Positions 9,564 to 17,216 of a DNA stretch of 64,000 nucleotides are shown in pieces. The DNA comes from Candidatus Poribacteria bacterium (GTDB taxonomy: Bacteria; Poribacteria; WGA-4E; PCPOR2b), in contig OZ244042.1 in assembly GCA_965215015.1 (NCBI GenBank), forward strand, positions 4,160,001-4,224,000, given 5' to 3'. Each line of letters opens with the position of its first letter. Positions within the stretch are counted from its first letter, which is position 1. The notes beneath the pieces were generated by a model. That model was not told the DNA's origin and made no database searches. It was given only the letters and a program-made list of their open reading frames with translations. Position numbers and translations under genes: made by a program.

Positions 9564-11270
9564 ATGACCATAATTGATTGGCTGCTCATCCTAGTAATTA
9601 ACGGTGGAATCGTCCTATATGGAATCATTGCGTTCAGGGGACAGGGGAAGAGCTTTGACTGGTATTTGGCAGCTAAGTCCATACCTTGGTGGATCGTCGG
9701 GCTATCTGCCTTTTCGACAGCGGTGGACAGCGGTGATTACGTGGCTATTGTCGGGGGCTCCTATACACTTGGACTATCACAGTTGTCCCAGTGGTGGTTG
9801 GGGATTGCCGTGGGGTGGTTCGTTCTCAGCTTCTTCGTTATTGTGCCGATGTACCGGTCTGGGGTATTCACCAACGCGGAGTGGCTTGAATTCCGTTTCG
9901 GTCCTGCAGCCAGATTTCTATCCGTCCTAATCAACATTCAGTCCCGGACCAATGTATTGGGTAACATCTTTTTCTCTACCTTTCTTGTCCTGAATATTGT
10001 AGCGGATATTGAGAAGGTATGGAGTTGGTTGATTGTGGTTGCTGTCGCCTTCACCGCAATCCTGTACATCGTCAGAGGGGGCCTGAAGGCTAGCGTTGTT
10101 ACCGACGCGCTGCAGAGCGTTAACATGATCGTCGCAGCCTTTGTTCTTTGGGGGGTAGTGTGGGTAAATGCCGGCGGCTGGAGGGGCTTGAATCAAAAGC
10201 TCGCCGAAATAGATGCTAACCTACCTGAAACCCTGCTGCATGTGGGTGGATATTCGCCGCCTGGGGTGTCCCCCCTTCTAGTTGTCTTTGGACTTATTGT
10301 CGTACTGACGATGTATGTGTTGATTAATCAATACGAGACCATCCGTTTTTTGGGGGCACGTTCCGAATGGGATTTCAAAATGGCTGCGCTGGTCTCTAGC
10401 GTCGCAACGGCGGTCTGTTTGTGGTTTAACGTGAGCTTAGGCCCTTTGGCGCGGGCGGACTTCCCAACACTAGAGATGAGCGATCAAGCCTATCCCCTGA
10501 TGCTCAAAAACTATCTTCCTACAGGCTTAATAGGCTTGGTGCTAGCTGGACTAGTGGCCGGCGGCTATTCGACCTTTGACTCTATCGGCATTGGTATCTC
10601 CAGCCTTTTTGTCCGAGACATCTATGCCCGCTTCATTGTGAAGAATGGCTCCGATGCTCACTATACACGAGTGGGGAGAATAACAGTTCCTTTTATCATT
10701 ATGCTCGGATTTTTGTACGTGCCTTTTCTTCGGGGTGGGATGGTACTATTTTATCTCCGTTTGGCTGGAGCGATTCAGGTGCCGCTGATGACAGTCATCC
10801 TCATGGGTGTTTTCACACGGGTACATCGTGGGACAGGTATCATCGGACTCGCAGTAGGATTAACCTACGGCATCTCAGCCATTCTGGCGGACGCAAGGGG
10901 TTGGGATCTGCCGGTTTGGTATACTAACACATGGTGGGCTTATCTATGGAATTTGGTACTACCAGCGGGCAGTATGATCATCACTTCAGAAGTTATTGAC
11001 TGGTTGCGCGGGCCCGTCAAGGAGGAGGAAATAAAAGGGTTGGTCTATACCCGGCATGAAGCAACACCCAATCTCCGAGAGTTGATGGCGAACCGCTTGA
11101 GGGTGCTTGAAGGTACATGGTTGCAGAAAACCTTACGAGAAGCACCGATTCGACCAAAATATCCTTTTGAAGTGCCAAAAACAGGTCTGCGCTGGTTCCA
11201 ACGTCCGGGGTTGTGGGCAATTATTTACCTTGCTATTGCTTGCTATCTGCTCTTTGTCCTGCTCTGGTGA
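9564..11270 (+). CDS. Sodium:solute symporter family transporter
   Basis: Many TM helices; EWLEFRFG, GGLKASVVTDALQ, STFDS, DIYARF. Confidence 0.88.
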   Translation: MTIIDWLLILVINGGIVLYGIIAFRGQGKSFDWYLAAKSIPWWIVGLSAFSTAVDSGDYVAIVGGSYTLGLSQLSQWWLGIAVGWFVLSFFVIVPMYRSGVFTNAEWLEFRFGPAARFLSVLINIQSRTNVLGNIFFSTFLVLNIVADIEKVWSWLIVVAVAFTAILYIVRGGLKASVVTDALQSVNMIVAAFVLWGVVWVNAGGWRGLNQKLAEIDANLPETLLHVGGYSPPGVSPLLVVFGLIVVLTMYVLINQYETIRFLGARSEWDFKMAALVSSVATAVCLWFNVSLGPLARADFPTLEMSDQAYPLMLKNYLPTGLIGLVLAGLVAGGYSTFDSIGIGISSLFVRDIYARFIVKNGSDAHYTRVGRITVPFIIMLGFLYVPFLRGGMVLFYLRLAGAIQVPLMTVILMGVFTRVHRGTGIIGLAVGLTYGISAILADARGWDLPVWYTNTWWAYLWNLVLPAGSMIITSEVIDWLRGPVKEEEIKGLVYTRHEATPNLRELMANRLRVLEGTWLQKTLREAPIRPKYPFEVPKTGLRWFQRPGLWAIIYLAIACYLLFVLLW

Positions 11271-11281
11271 AGGGATACGAA

Positions 11282-11479
11282 ATGGAAAATTCAAAAGACA
11301 CTAAGCAAGCCAAGCAATTCGAGAGATTGTATACAGCACTGCTCGTGCTGCTCGTGGCGATCCTGCTGATGGTCTCTATCATTTACACATCGCATTTATG
11401 GTGGGTGAAGGTTGTGATTGCTGTGATACTCATCGTTGTCGGGGCATGCTTCGGCCACAGATACCTACGCGAGCGATAG
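11282..11479 (+). CDS. Small two-TM membrane protein, possibly a symporter accessory subunit
   Basis: MENSKDTK... followed by two hydrophobic helices; starts 11 bp after the symporter stop. Confidence 0.6.
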   Translation: MENSKDTKQAKQFERLYTALLVLLVAILLMVSIIYTSHLWWVKVVIAVILIVVGACFGHRYLRER

Positions 11480-11500
11480 TCTCCCTTTTCCCGTGATTGC

Positions 11501-12628
11501 CTACCGGAACCAGTCATAATTGAGTCCCAGTGAACGATCCGCCAACGGCAACTCTACCCGAACACCACCCCGCGCCGAAGATTGTTTGAGTGCGATTTCA
11601 ACCTCAATTGCCACTGCAACCCTTCTACCTGAGTTTTTGGGTTCATCCAACCTACCTTCTATGCAATCTATCACATCCGCTAATCCGTAAATTGCACCGT
11701 AGGGACCGACGAACTGCGGATGGGGCCAGGGCATCTCCACTCGACTGACACCGTCAGGTGTTTCAACGTCCTGCCATAGCTTGAATCCGGTCGCCATTAT
11801 GGGAATAACTATTTCACCCGTGGTGCCAGTTACGCGTAGATGCGGTGCACCTGGACGAAAGTAGACAGCTAATTCACTTTCCGTAACCATCATCCCTTGA
11901 CCAGCAAATTCGTCGCTGCCCCCAGGTCCTTTGAATTCATCAGTGTCAGTGCCACGTCGCTCTTTGTCACCGATACCGATAACCCATGCGGGGGAGCTAT
12001 CTAAAAAGTATGACCAACTCTGATGTTGTGCGCCTGGGCGTGGTGCTTCAATGGAAACAACATCACCAATTGCACCGCTTGTAGCCAACTCCTTTGCCTT
12101 TGCAAACGACGGGTGAGTTGTCGAAATGGCACCACAGTTAAGCGGCACACCGGCGTCGGCGCATACCTTGACCATTCGGTCAGCTTCCTCAAGCGTGTGT
12201 GCCATCGGCTTTGCTGTCACAATCCCTTTTGCCCCATTCTCCACCGCCATACATGTCAAGTCTGCCCGTCCCTTGACGTTCGTGGCAACAGCGACGATAT
12301 CTAGCTTTTCGGTACGGAGCATTTCAGTTGCATCGGCATATAGTGTCTTGATGCCGTAACGTTCCTCGAACGCTTTTAGCCGTTTCTGATCGCGGTCAGC
12401 TGCAGCAACCAAATCTACCTCCGGCCGATCCCAGAACGCTTCGGAGTAGCTCGTGGGCAACCCCTCCCTGCCGGGGTGATCATGATGATAGATTTTGCGA
12501 TGAATCTCCAATTCAGGGGTCGGGCGGTCAACATCATCAATGTTGAAAAAATCGCCAATCCGCTCCGCCATATCATAGAGCATTCCCATCCAACCAAGCC
12601 CAATTACTCCTGCACGATACTTTGCCAT
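11501..12628 (-). CDS. Gfo/Idh/MocA family oxidoreductase
   Basis: GVIGLGWMG Rossmann motif; AKPMA variant of EKP; GGAGG RBS. Confidence 0.85.
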   Translation of the reverse strand: MAKYRAGVIGLGWMGMLYDMAERIGDFFNIDDVDRPTPELEIHRKIYHHDHPGREGLPTSYSEAFWDRPEVDLVAAADRDQKRLKAFEERYGIKTLYADATEMLRTEKLDIVAVATNVKGRADLTCMAVENGAKGIVTAKPMAHTLEEADRMVKVCADAGVPLNCGAISTTHPSFAKAKELATSGAIGDVVSIEAPRPGAQHQSWSYFLDSSPAWVIGIGDKERRGTDTDEFKGPGGSDEFAGQGMMVTESELAVYFRPGAPHLRVTGTTGEIVIPIMATGFKLWQDVETPDGVSRVEMPWPHPQFVGPYGAIYGLADVIDCIEGRLDEPKNSGRRVAVAIEVEIALKQSSARGGVRVELPLADRSLGLNYDWFR

Positions 12629-12671
12629 ATATCAACCCTCCTTACAGCATACAGTCCTAACTTTTCCCGTT

Positions 12672-13058
12672 TTACGTTTCACGTTCTATTTCCTGCATCA
12701 TGCCAGCAAATATCATGATATCTTGTTGGAAAGCTTCCGTAAAATCTTCTGATCGCTTTGTTTCAGCAAATCGATGGAATACCGTTTCTAATGCTTGGAG
12801 GAATCCCTCTGACTTACCTTCATCTTCAGCCTGTTGTTTCATTTGTTGAAGAAGCGTCATCTTAGCCGCTGTTTCCCGTTCTGTCTGTACTTCCTTTATT
12901 GATTTGTCAAATGTAACCCGAAGTGTTTCAACAATGTGGTATGCCATAGAACGGTTATATTTCTGTGAATCCCGTTTTGCCCCCTCATAAACATCAAGAG
13001 GTAACAATAGGCTAATTTGCTTCTTTAGTGAATCTTTGGGTTGGCGATATTCTTTCAT
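12672..13058 (-). CDS. Ribbon-helix-helix (Arc/CopG-like) DNA-binding protein
   Basis: QISLLLPLDVYEGAKRDSQKYNRSMAYHIVETLR fits the beta-alpha-alpha RHH pattern; ATG 13058 has a GGAG RBS; downstream of and co-oriented with the recombinase. Confidence 0.6.
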   Translation of the reverse strand: MKEYRQPKDSLKKQISLLLPLDVYEGAKRDSQKYNRSMAYHIVETLRVTFDKSIKEVQTERETAAKMTLLQQMKQQAEDEGKSEGFLQALETVFHRFAETKRSEDFTEAFQQDIMIFAGMMQEIERET

Positions 13059-13195
13059 TAAAATCTCCGAAATTATGGTATCAGACACTATGCTAACACT
13101 AACATCAAAATTATTGTATATAGCATATCATTAAAATTCGGAAATGTATAGTAAAATTATTCGCCATAAAATGCCATGCTTAACTATGTGAAATA

Positions 13196-14104
13196 TTACT
13201 CCCATGATATACTTTCCATAGTGCTGCGTAAATCTTGTTCGGTAGGCATAGTATAAATCGCAGTTGTATTCACATTAGAATGTCCTAAAATTTTAGACAC
13301 TCTATCAATAGGCTGCCCAGCATCAATTAAATTCTTGGCACAGGTATGTCTAAATACGTGTGGGGAAATATGCTTTATCTTCGCTATATAGGCATATTTC
13401 TGAATAATGTAACGAACACCACGGTCTGTCAACGGCATCCGTTTCTGCCCGTAAAACAGGAAGCGTTCTTTCTCAGGATTTGGACCGGCTACTAATATCC
13501 TTTGCCCATTGCTTTCAAACGATTTTAGATAATTCCTCAAAACGCCTATGACAGTTGAGTTTAATGGGACATTACGTCGCTTCGTACCTTTGCCCTCACG
13601 AACAGTAAGCATATTACTATTTATCGATAAACTAATATCGGAAATTCTTAAATTACAAAGTTCACTAACACGCATGCCGGTATGCAGCAGCATTGTAATA
13701 ATTGCTAAATCCCTCAAATTTCCGGACCTACGCACCGCTCGTAACAATCCCAGCTGCTCTTTACGTTCCAACGCCCGCGGGGCAAGTGGTTCTTCAGCAA
13801 CGTTCCGTATGCCTTCAGCAGGATTATCCAGAATTAGGTCATTTTGCTCTGCCCACTGGCAGAAACTGGAAATACTAATTAAACTGCGATTAATCGTCGA
13901 GGGCTTCTTGCCCCGGTCGAGCATTGCATTGCGATAGTCAATTATTTCCATCGGCGTGATACTTTCAAGTTCAAGTGCTTCCCCAGTTGCGTGTTGGAAC
14001 CACCGTGAAAATGAGCGAAGATCCGCTATATACGCTTTAATGGTCTGCTCAGATTTATCCTGATCATAAAGATAATCACTATAATCTTGCAATAAATCGT
14101 TCAT
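13196..14104 (-). CDS. Tyrosine recombinase, TnpI/Xer-like
   Basis: SAM-like N-terminal domain; intact catalytic set HTGMRVSE, GKG, HVFRH, LGHSN, TTAIY. Confidence 0.93.
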   Translation of the reverse strand: MNDLLQDYSDYLYDQDKSEQTIKAYIADLRSFSRWFQHATGEALELESITPMEIIDYRNAMLDRGKKPSTINRSLISISSFCQWAEQNDLILDNPAEGIRNVAEEPLAPRALERKEQLGLLRAVRRSGNLRDLAIITMLLHTGMRVSELCNLRISDISLSINSNMLTVREGKGTKRRNVPLNSTVIGVLRNYLKSFESNGQRILVAGPNPEKERFLFYGQKRMPLTDRGVRYIIQKYAYIAKIKHISPHVFRHTCAKNLIDAGQPIDRVSKILGHSNVNTTAIYTMPTEQDLRSTMESISWE

Positions 14105-14117
14105 TTTTTACCTCTTC

Positions 14118-14245
14118 TTATCGGACATTTTTTTTAAGAGATCAGTTATTATGCGGGTTAAAACGCTGAAATTTAGACAATCGTTTCACTTATCGGATAT
14201 TTTTCGGGGAAATAATGTCCGATAATGATAGTTATCGGACATTTT
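14118..14245. promoter_or_regulatory. Recombination site 1: core inverted repeat plus two accessory direct repeats
   Basis: AATGTCCGATAA (14214-14225), spacer TGATAG, TTATCGGACATT (14232-14243); direct repeats TTATCGGACATTTT (14118-14131) and TTATCGGATATTTT (14190-14203). Confidence 0.85.
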
Positions 14246-14255
14246 GGGTTTTTAA

Positions 14256-14296
14256 AGGGGAGATGCAGGGCTAAATGGCGCATCCCCTATTTTTTT
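14256..14296 (+). terminator. Possible intrinsic terminator just inside site 1
   Basis: AGGGGAGATGC...GCATCCCCT stem followed by ATTTTTTT. Confidence 0.4.
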
Positions 14297-14305
14297 GAAA
14301 AGTGA

Positions 14306-14335
14306 TCGACAGGGCGTTTTAATCCGTGATAGAAT
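14306..14335 (+). promoter_or_regulatory. Promoter for the cargo genes
   Basis: TCGACA-18 bp-TAGAAT with extended TG; GGAGG RBS before ATG 14381. Confidence 0.45.
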
Positions 14336-14380
14336 GAAAATGTATCGATACTATGTCACTATAGCCTATAGGAGGGCATA

Positions 14381-15040
14381 ATGCAAAGGTTAATGCCGAA
14401 GATAGCTGTTGTTTCAATGGCTGTCATTTTGATTGTTGTGGTTGGAGTGATTATCCATCTCAGGAACGCGCCTGTGGAGCATGTAAAGGTCTATGAGGTA
14501 CAATACGAGATCGAGGCGCCTGAGCCAATTGTGGTTAGATCTGCTTCGCGTGTGCCGGCATCGTCGGCGGATGTGTCAGAAACGGCCGAGGCGTGGAGTG
14601 AACCGGAAGAGGCAACACATTACGATGACACGCCGGTAACATCTGAATTTATGGAGGTGCGCGGTGCTGAGGAGGTCGCTGGGGCTGAGGAGGACGTTTG
14701 GGATGAGTTACCGGCTGCGGCAATGAACCCGCCGACCCCGCCGACACGCGGTCTAGTTACTCTAATAGATTCGTTCCCAGACGATGGCACCTACGAAGAA
14801 TTTGAATTGCGCCTAACGGATTATGCGTTCACATACTATCCGTTGACAATGCTTGAACCTGAAGAGGTTCGCCTTCTTGATCCACGAGCGAAGGCGGCAT
14901 ACGATCGACAGAAAGCCGCATTCCATAAAGAGTTCGTAGATATGTTCAAAGAGGACTTCGCATCTATGTCTTCCGATGTGCTGTCTATGATTACCCCAGA
15001 TATGGCAACCTTATTTGAAAAGGAAGGGATATTACCATGA
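14381..15040 (+). CDS. Hypothetical acidic protein with N-terminal membrane anchor (cargo gene 1)
   Basis: Strong RBS; N-terminal hydrophobic helix, Pro/Glu-rich linker, helical C-terminus. Confidence 0.75.
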   Translation: MQRLMPKIAVVSMAVILIVVVGVIIHLRNAPVEHVKVYEVQYEIEAPEPIVVRSASRVPASSADVSETAEAWSEPEEATHYDDTPVTSEFMEVRGAEEVAGAEEDVWDELPAAAMNPPTPPTRGLVTLIDSFPDDGTYEEFELRLTDYAFTYYPLTMLEPEEVRLLDPRAKAAYDRQKAAFHKEFVDMFKEDFASMSSDVLSMITPDMATLFEKEGILP

Positions 15041-15198
15041 AGATCGCAGTTGGTGTTGTACTTCTACTCGCGATTGCATGTTACTTCCTATTACCTGTCT
15101 TGGTTCCTCCGGTTGTAGCTCACGGCAGTTGTCAAAGCCTGCAGGCTGAATGGGCCCGCAAAGAGGCAGACTCGGATCCCCCTTTTTTTGTCCGATAA
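15037..15198 (+). CDS. 53-aa signal-peptide ORF, possibly truncated at recombination site 2 (cargo gene 2)
   Basis: ATGA overlap with the upstream stop; MKIAVGVVLLLAIACYFLLPVLVPPVVAHGSC...; its TAA is the last 3 nt of the site-2 left arm. Confidence 0.55.
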   Translation: MKIAVGVVLLLAIACYFLLPVLVPPVVAHGSCQSLQAEWARKEADSDPPFFVR

Positions 15199-15218
15199 CG
15201 TAAATTATCGGACATTTT
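15189..15218. promoter_or_regulatory. Recombination site 2 (core only)
   Basis: TGTCCGATAA-CGTAAA-TTATCGGACA(TTTT): same arms as site 1, different 6-bp spacer. Confidence 0.85.
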
Positions 15219-15277
15219 ACAAGAGAAGGTCTGTGTAGTAGGCAGAATTAGAATGAGTAATTTCAACATAGACTATA

Positions 15278-15306
15278 ATTTTACCGAAAACTCAATTCGA
15301 CGTCAA
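15278..15306 (-). promoter_or_regulatory. Sigma70 promoter pointing left into site 2
   Basis: Minus strand TTGACG-17 bp-TAAAAT. Confidence 0.55.
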
Positions 15307-15366
15307 CACTTTTATCTTCATTCATTTGCCGCCTTGTTCATTTATGCTGGACAATCATAAATAGTT

Positions 15367-15475
15367 GAGGAGTGCTCATAATTATTGTCTGAATCAGGAG
15401 ACTCAGGATTAACGGATTCACAAGATACCCAGTAACGCAGCACAGGCTTACAATACCTACTTATGAGCACCCCTC
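15367..15475. mobile_element. MITE family A, 109 bp, with 8-bp target duplication
   Basis: TIRs GAGGAGTGCTCATAA / TTATGAGCACCCCTC (14/15 match); AAATAGTT on both flanks. Confidence 0.8.
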
Positions 15476-15489
15476 AAATAGTTAGTGTA

Positions 15490-15709
15490 TATGACTTAGC
15501 ATACGATGATGGAAATGGACTCGTAGCCGCAGGTTTCCTAACCTGTGGGCCCGCCGTCCGTTGAAGGGAGACATAGCAGTAGGCATACTCCTTATGCCGT
15601 AACCCCTCGTCGCTACAGAGCCCCAATGGATCGGGATTTCCGCTGCGCTGCAACTTGCCCTCGATTCATCGGGGGTGCCTAACCTGTGATCACTGCTGCG
15701 TAATTTCTA
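15490..15709. repeat. REP cluster, possibly within a degenerate family-B MITE
   Basis: GTAGCCGCAGGTT-TCCT-AACCTGTGG; GTAGGCATA...TATGCC; CCCTCGATTCATCGGGGG; ends TGCGTAATTTCTA. Confidence 0.5.
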
Positions 15710-15748
15710 TAACAGATGCAATTCCCCTATTCATTTATGTGTTTGGAC

Positions 15749-15777
15749 TTGACATCAAATTCGATGAATGCTATCAT
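15749..15777 (+). promoter_or_regulatory. Sigma70 promoter for ruvX
   Basis: TTGACA-17 bp-TATCAT with extended TG. Confidence 0.65.
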
Positions 15778-15895
15778 CCGAACTATTAGCCGTCCTCGAT
15801 GGTATAGCAATCAGAGCCTCCCTGCTGACAAACATGTGTCAGTGATAATGGTAGTCACATCAACCCTTAAACTTACAAGCAATGTTTCACCAATT

Positions 15896-16345
15896 ATGCC
15901 GATTATTCTAGGATTAGACATTGGCGATGCACGGACTGGTGTAGCGATTAGTGATGAATTGGGCATTGCCGCTCACCCACTCTGCACGATTCAACGTAAA
16001 AGCAGAAAAGCATTACTGACAGAGTTACAGGAGTTGGCTACCGCTCACAAAGTCGAACGGATTGTCGTAGGGTTGCCCCTTCAACTCAATGGTGAGACAG
16101 GAGCTCAAGCACAGAAAATTAAAAAATTTGCAGAAAAGCTAGCGCAGCACGTTAATCTGCCAATCGTCTTCTGGGACGAAAGTTTCACCACCTTTGAAGC
16201 AACACAAATTTTGAGGGGCACTAAAAAACGGCGTAAAAAGCGAAAGCAAATCGTCGATCAGGTCGCTGCTGTACTGATTCTTGATGCGTATCTGGAGGAA
16301 TTACGCAACTCACGCAGGACAGATGATTCGGACAAAGGGACATAA
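15896..16345 (+). CDS. ruvX: YqgF/RuvX pre-16S rRNA nuclease (Holliday junction resolvase-like)
   Basis: ILGLDIGDARTGVAISD, VVGLP, WDESFTT, VDQVAAVLIL; start moved downstream of the promoter. Confidence 0.93.
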   Translation: MPIILGLDIGDARTGVAISDELGIAAHPLCTIQRKSRKALLTELQELATAHKVERIVVGLPLQLNGETGAQAQKIKKFAEKLAQHVNLPIVFWDESFTTFEATQILRGTKKRRKKRKQIVDQVAAVLILDAYLEELRNSRRTDDSDKGT

Positions 16346-16510
16346 AAAATGGGTATGGAAGATATTGAGATCGACAGTTTAGCTACATGTACTTCCACAA
16401 TCGTAAGCTTGATAGGAACCCCTTCATAACTGATTGACGAATGCAATTTTTTTCTTGCGTCAAAGCGTTTTTTAGCATATCATATGTTATTTGAGGCTAA
16501 TCGGAGGCCC

Positions 16511-16679
16511 TTGTTTGAACGCGGTTATAATAAACTGATCGGTCTCTTGGTGCCTCTGATTGTTGTGGGGTTGGGCAGTGGAATATATCATCCTTCCTAG
16601 GTTGGATCAGATAGCAACGTCAGATCCATCAGAAGTAGTTAACAAAAACGCCCGTAAAGCGATTGCCCGCCTGAGATAA
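16511..16679 (+). pseudogene. Remnant of a membrane-anchored HEAT-repeat-like protein (internal deletion)
   Basis: GGAGG RBS and TTG start give MFERGYNKLIGLLVPLIVVGLGSG; an overlapping frame gives ILPRLDQIATSDPSEVVNKNARKAIARLR*. Confidence 0.45.
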
Positions 16680-17216
16680 GCTGTCATGATTCCATATAAT
16701 AACGGTAAGAGGGCTTGTCTTAACAATGTTGTTGCTAGGAGGCATCGGCAGATTACTGAACCATTGACGTAAAAGTGCATAAACAACGCTAGCGTCAAAT
16801 CTACTATCTCCTTATTCCTAGATATGAAAATTATCACAGGACATAACGCCTGATACCCAATGAATCGGGGGTTTCCGTAGTCAAGAAGTTGACATCCATC
16901 AATCCCAAGCCGGATAAAATCTCAAGGGCGTGAATCCTGTTTCTTTTGAAACGCCCAAACCAATGATGTCGTAGACACTGTTTTTTCAACCGTTGCTGTC
17001 TCCGCTTTATTCCGAATTAGCCTTCCAGATGGAAAAACCCTCGCCTCCAGTCATCCGTATAATAGCACTTGACATCCCTGATTAATAGACACAAAACTCA
17101 TTTTCGCAAGGTCCCTTTAGCTCAACTCTCACATTCCCAGTTGGGGAGATTTCCAGTATCATGGGTTACTGGTTTCCATTTTTGCAATCGTTGAATTTTT
17201 TTAAGAACAAGCTTCA

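Noticed and set aside
13064-13087. Degenerate third core site (TCTCCGAAAT-TATG-GTATCAGACA)
   Set aside because: Only 7/10 and 8/10 arm matches with a 4-bp spacer, in AT-rich DNA; too weak to call
14118-14245. Repeats interpreted as a CRISPR array or plasmid iterons
   Set aside because: 14-bp units, uneven spacing, one inverted copy, and no cas or rep gene
14257-15182. GGGG...CCCC ends as Tn3-family inverted repeats
   Set aside because: No 38-bp complementarity, no TAAG inner end and no transposase
14214-15214. Sites interpreted as chromosomal dif or as hairpin-telomere (tel) sites
   Set aside because: The arms are symmetric with no XerD TTATGTTAAAT arm; the spacers are not palindromic; the enzyme is not protelomerase-like
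15716-15895. N-terminal extension of RuvX in the ORF track
   Set aside because: It overlaps a strong promoter; family similarity begins at ATG 15896
16541-16714. Possible 6S RNA (GGGCAGT/ATTGCCC pairing, about 175 nt)
   Set aside because: The closing-stem arms are of unequal length, and the region reads better as protein-gene remnants with an RBS; an Infernal search would settle it
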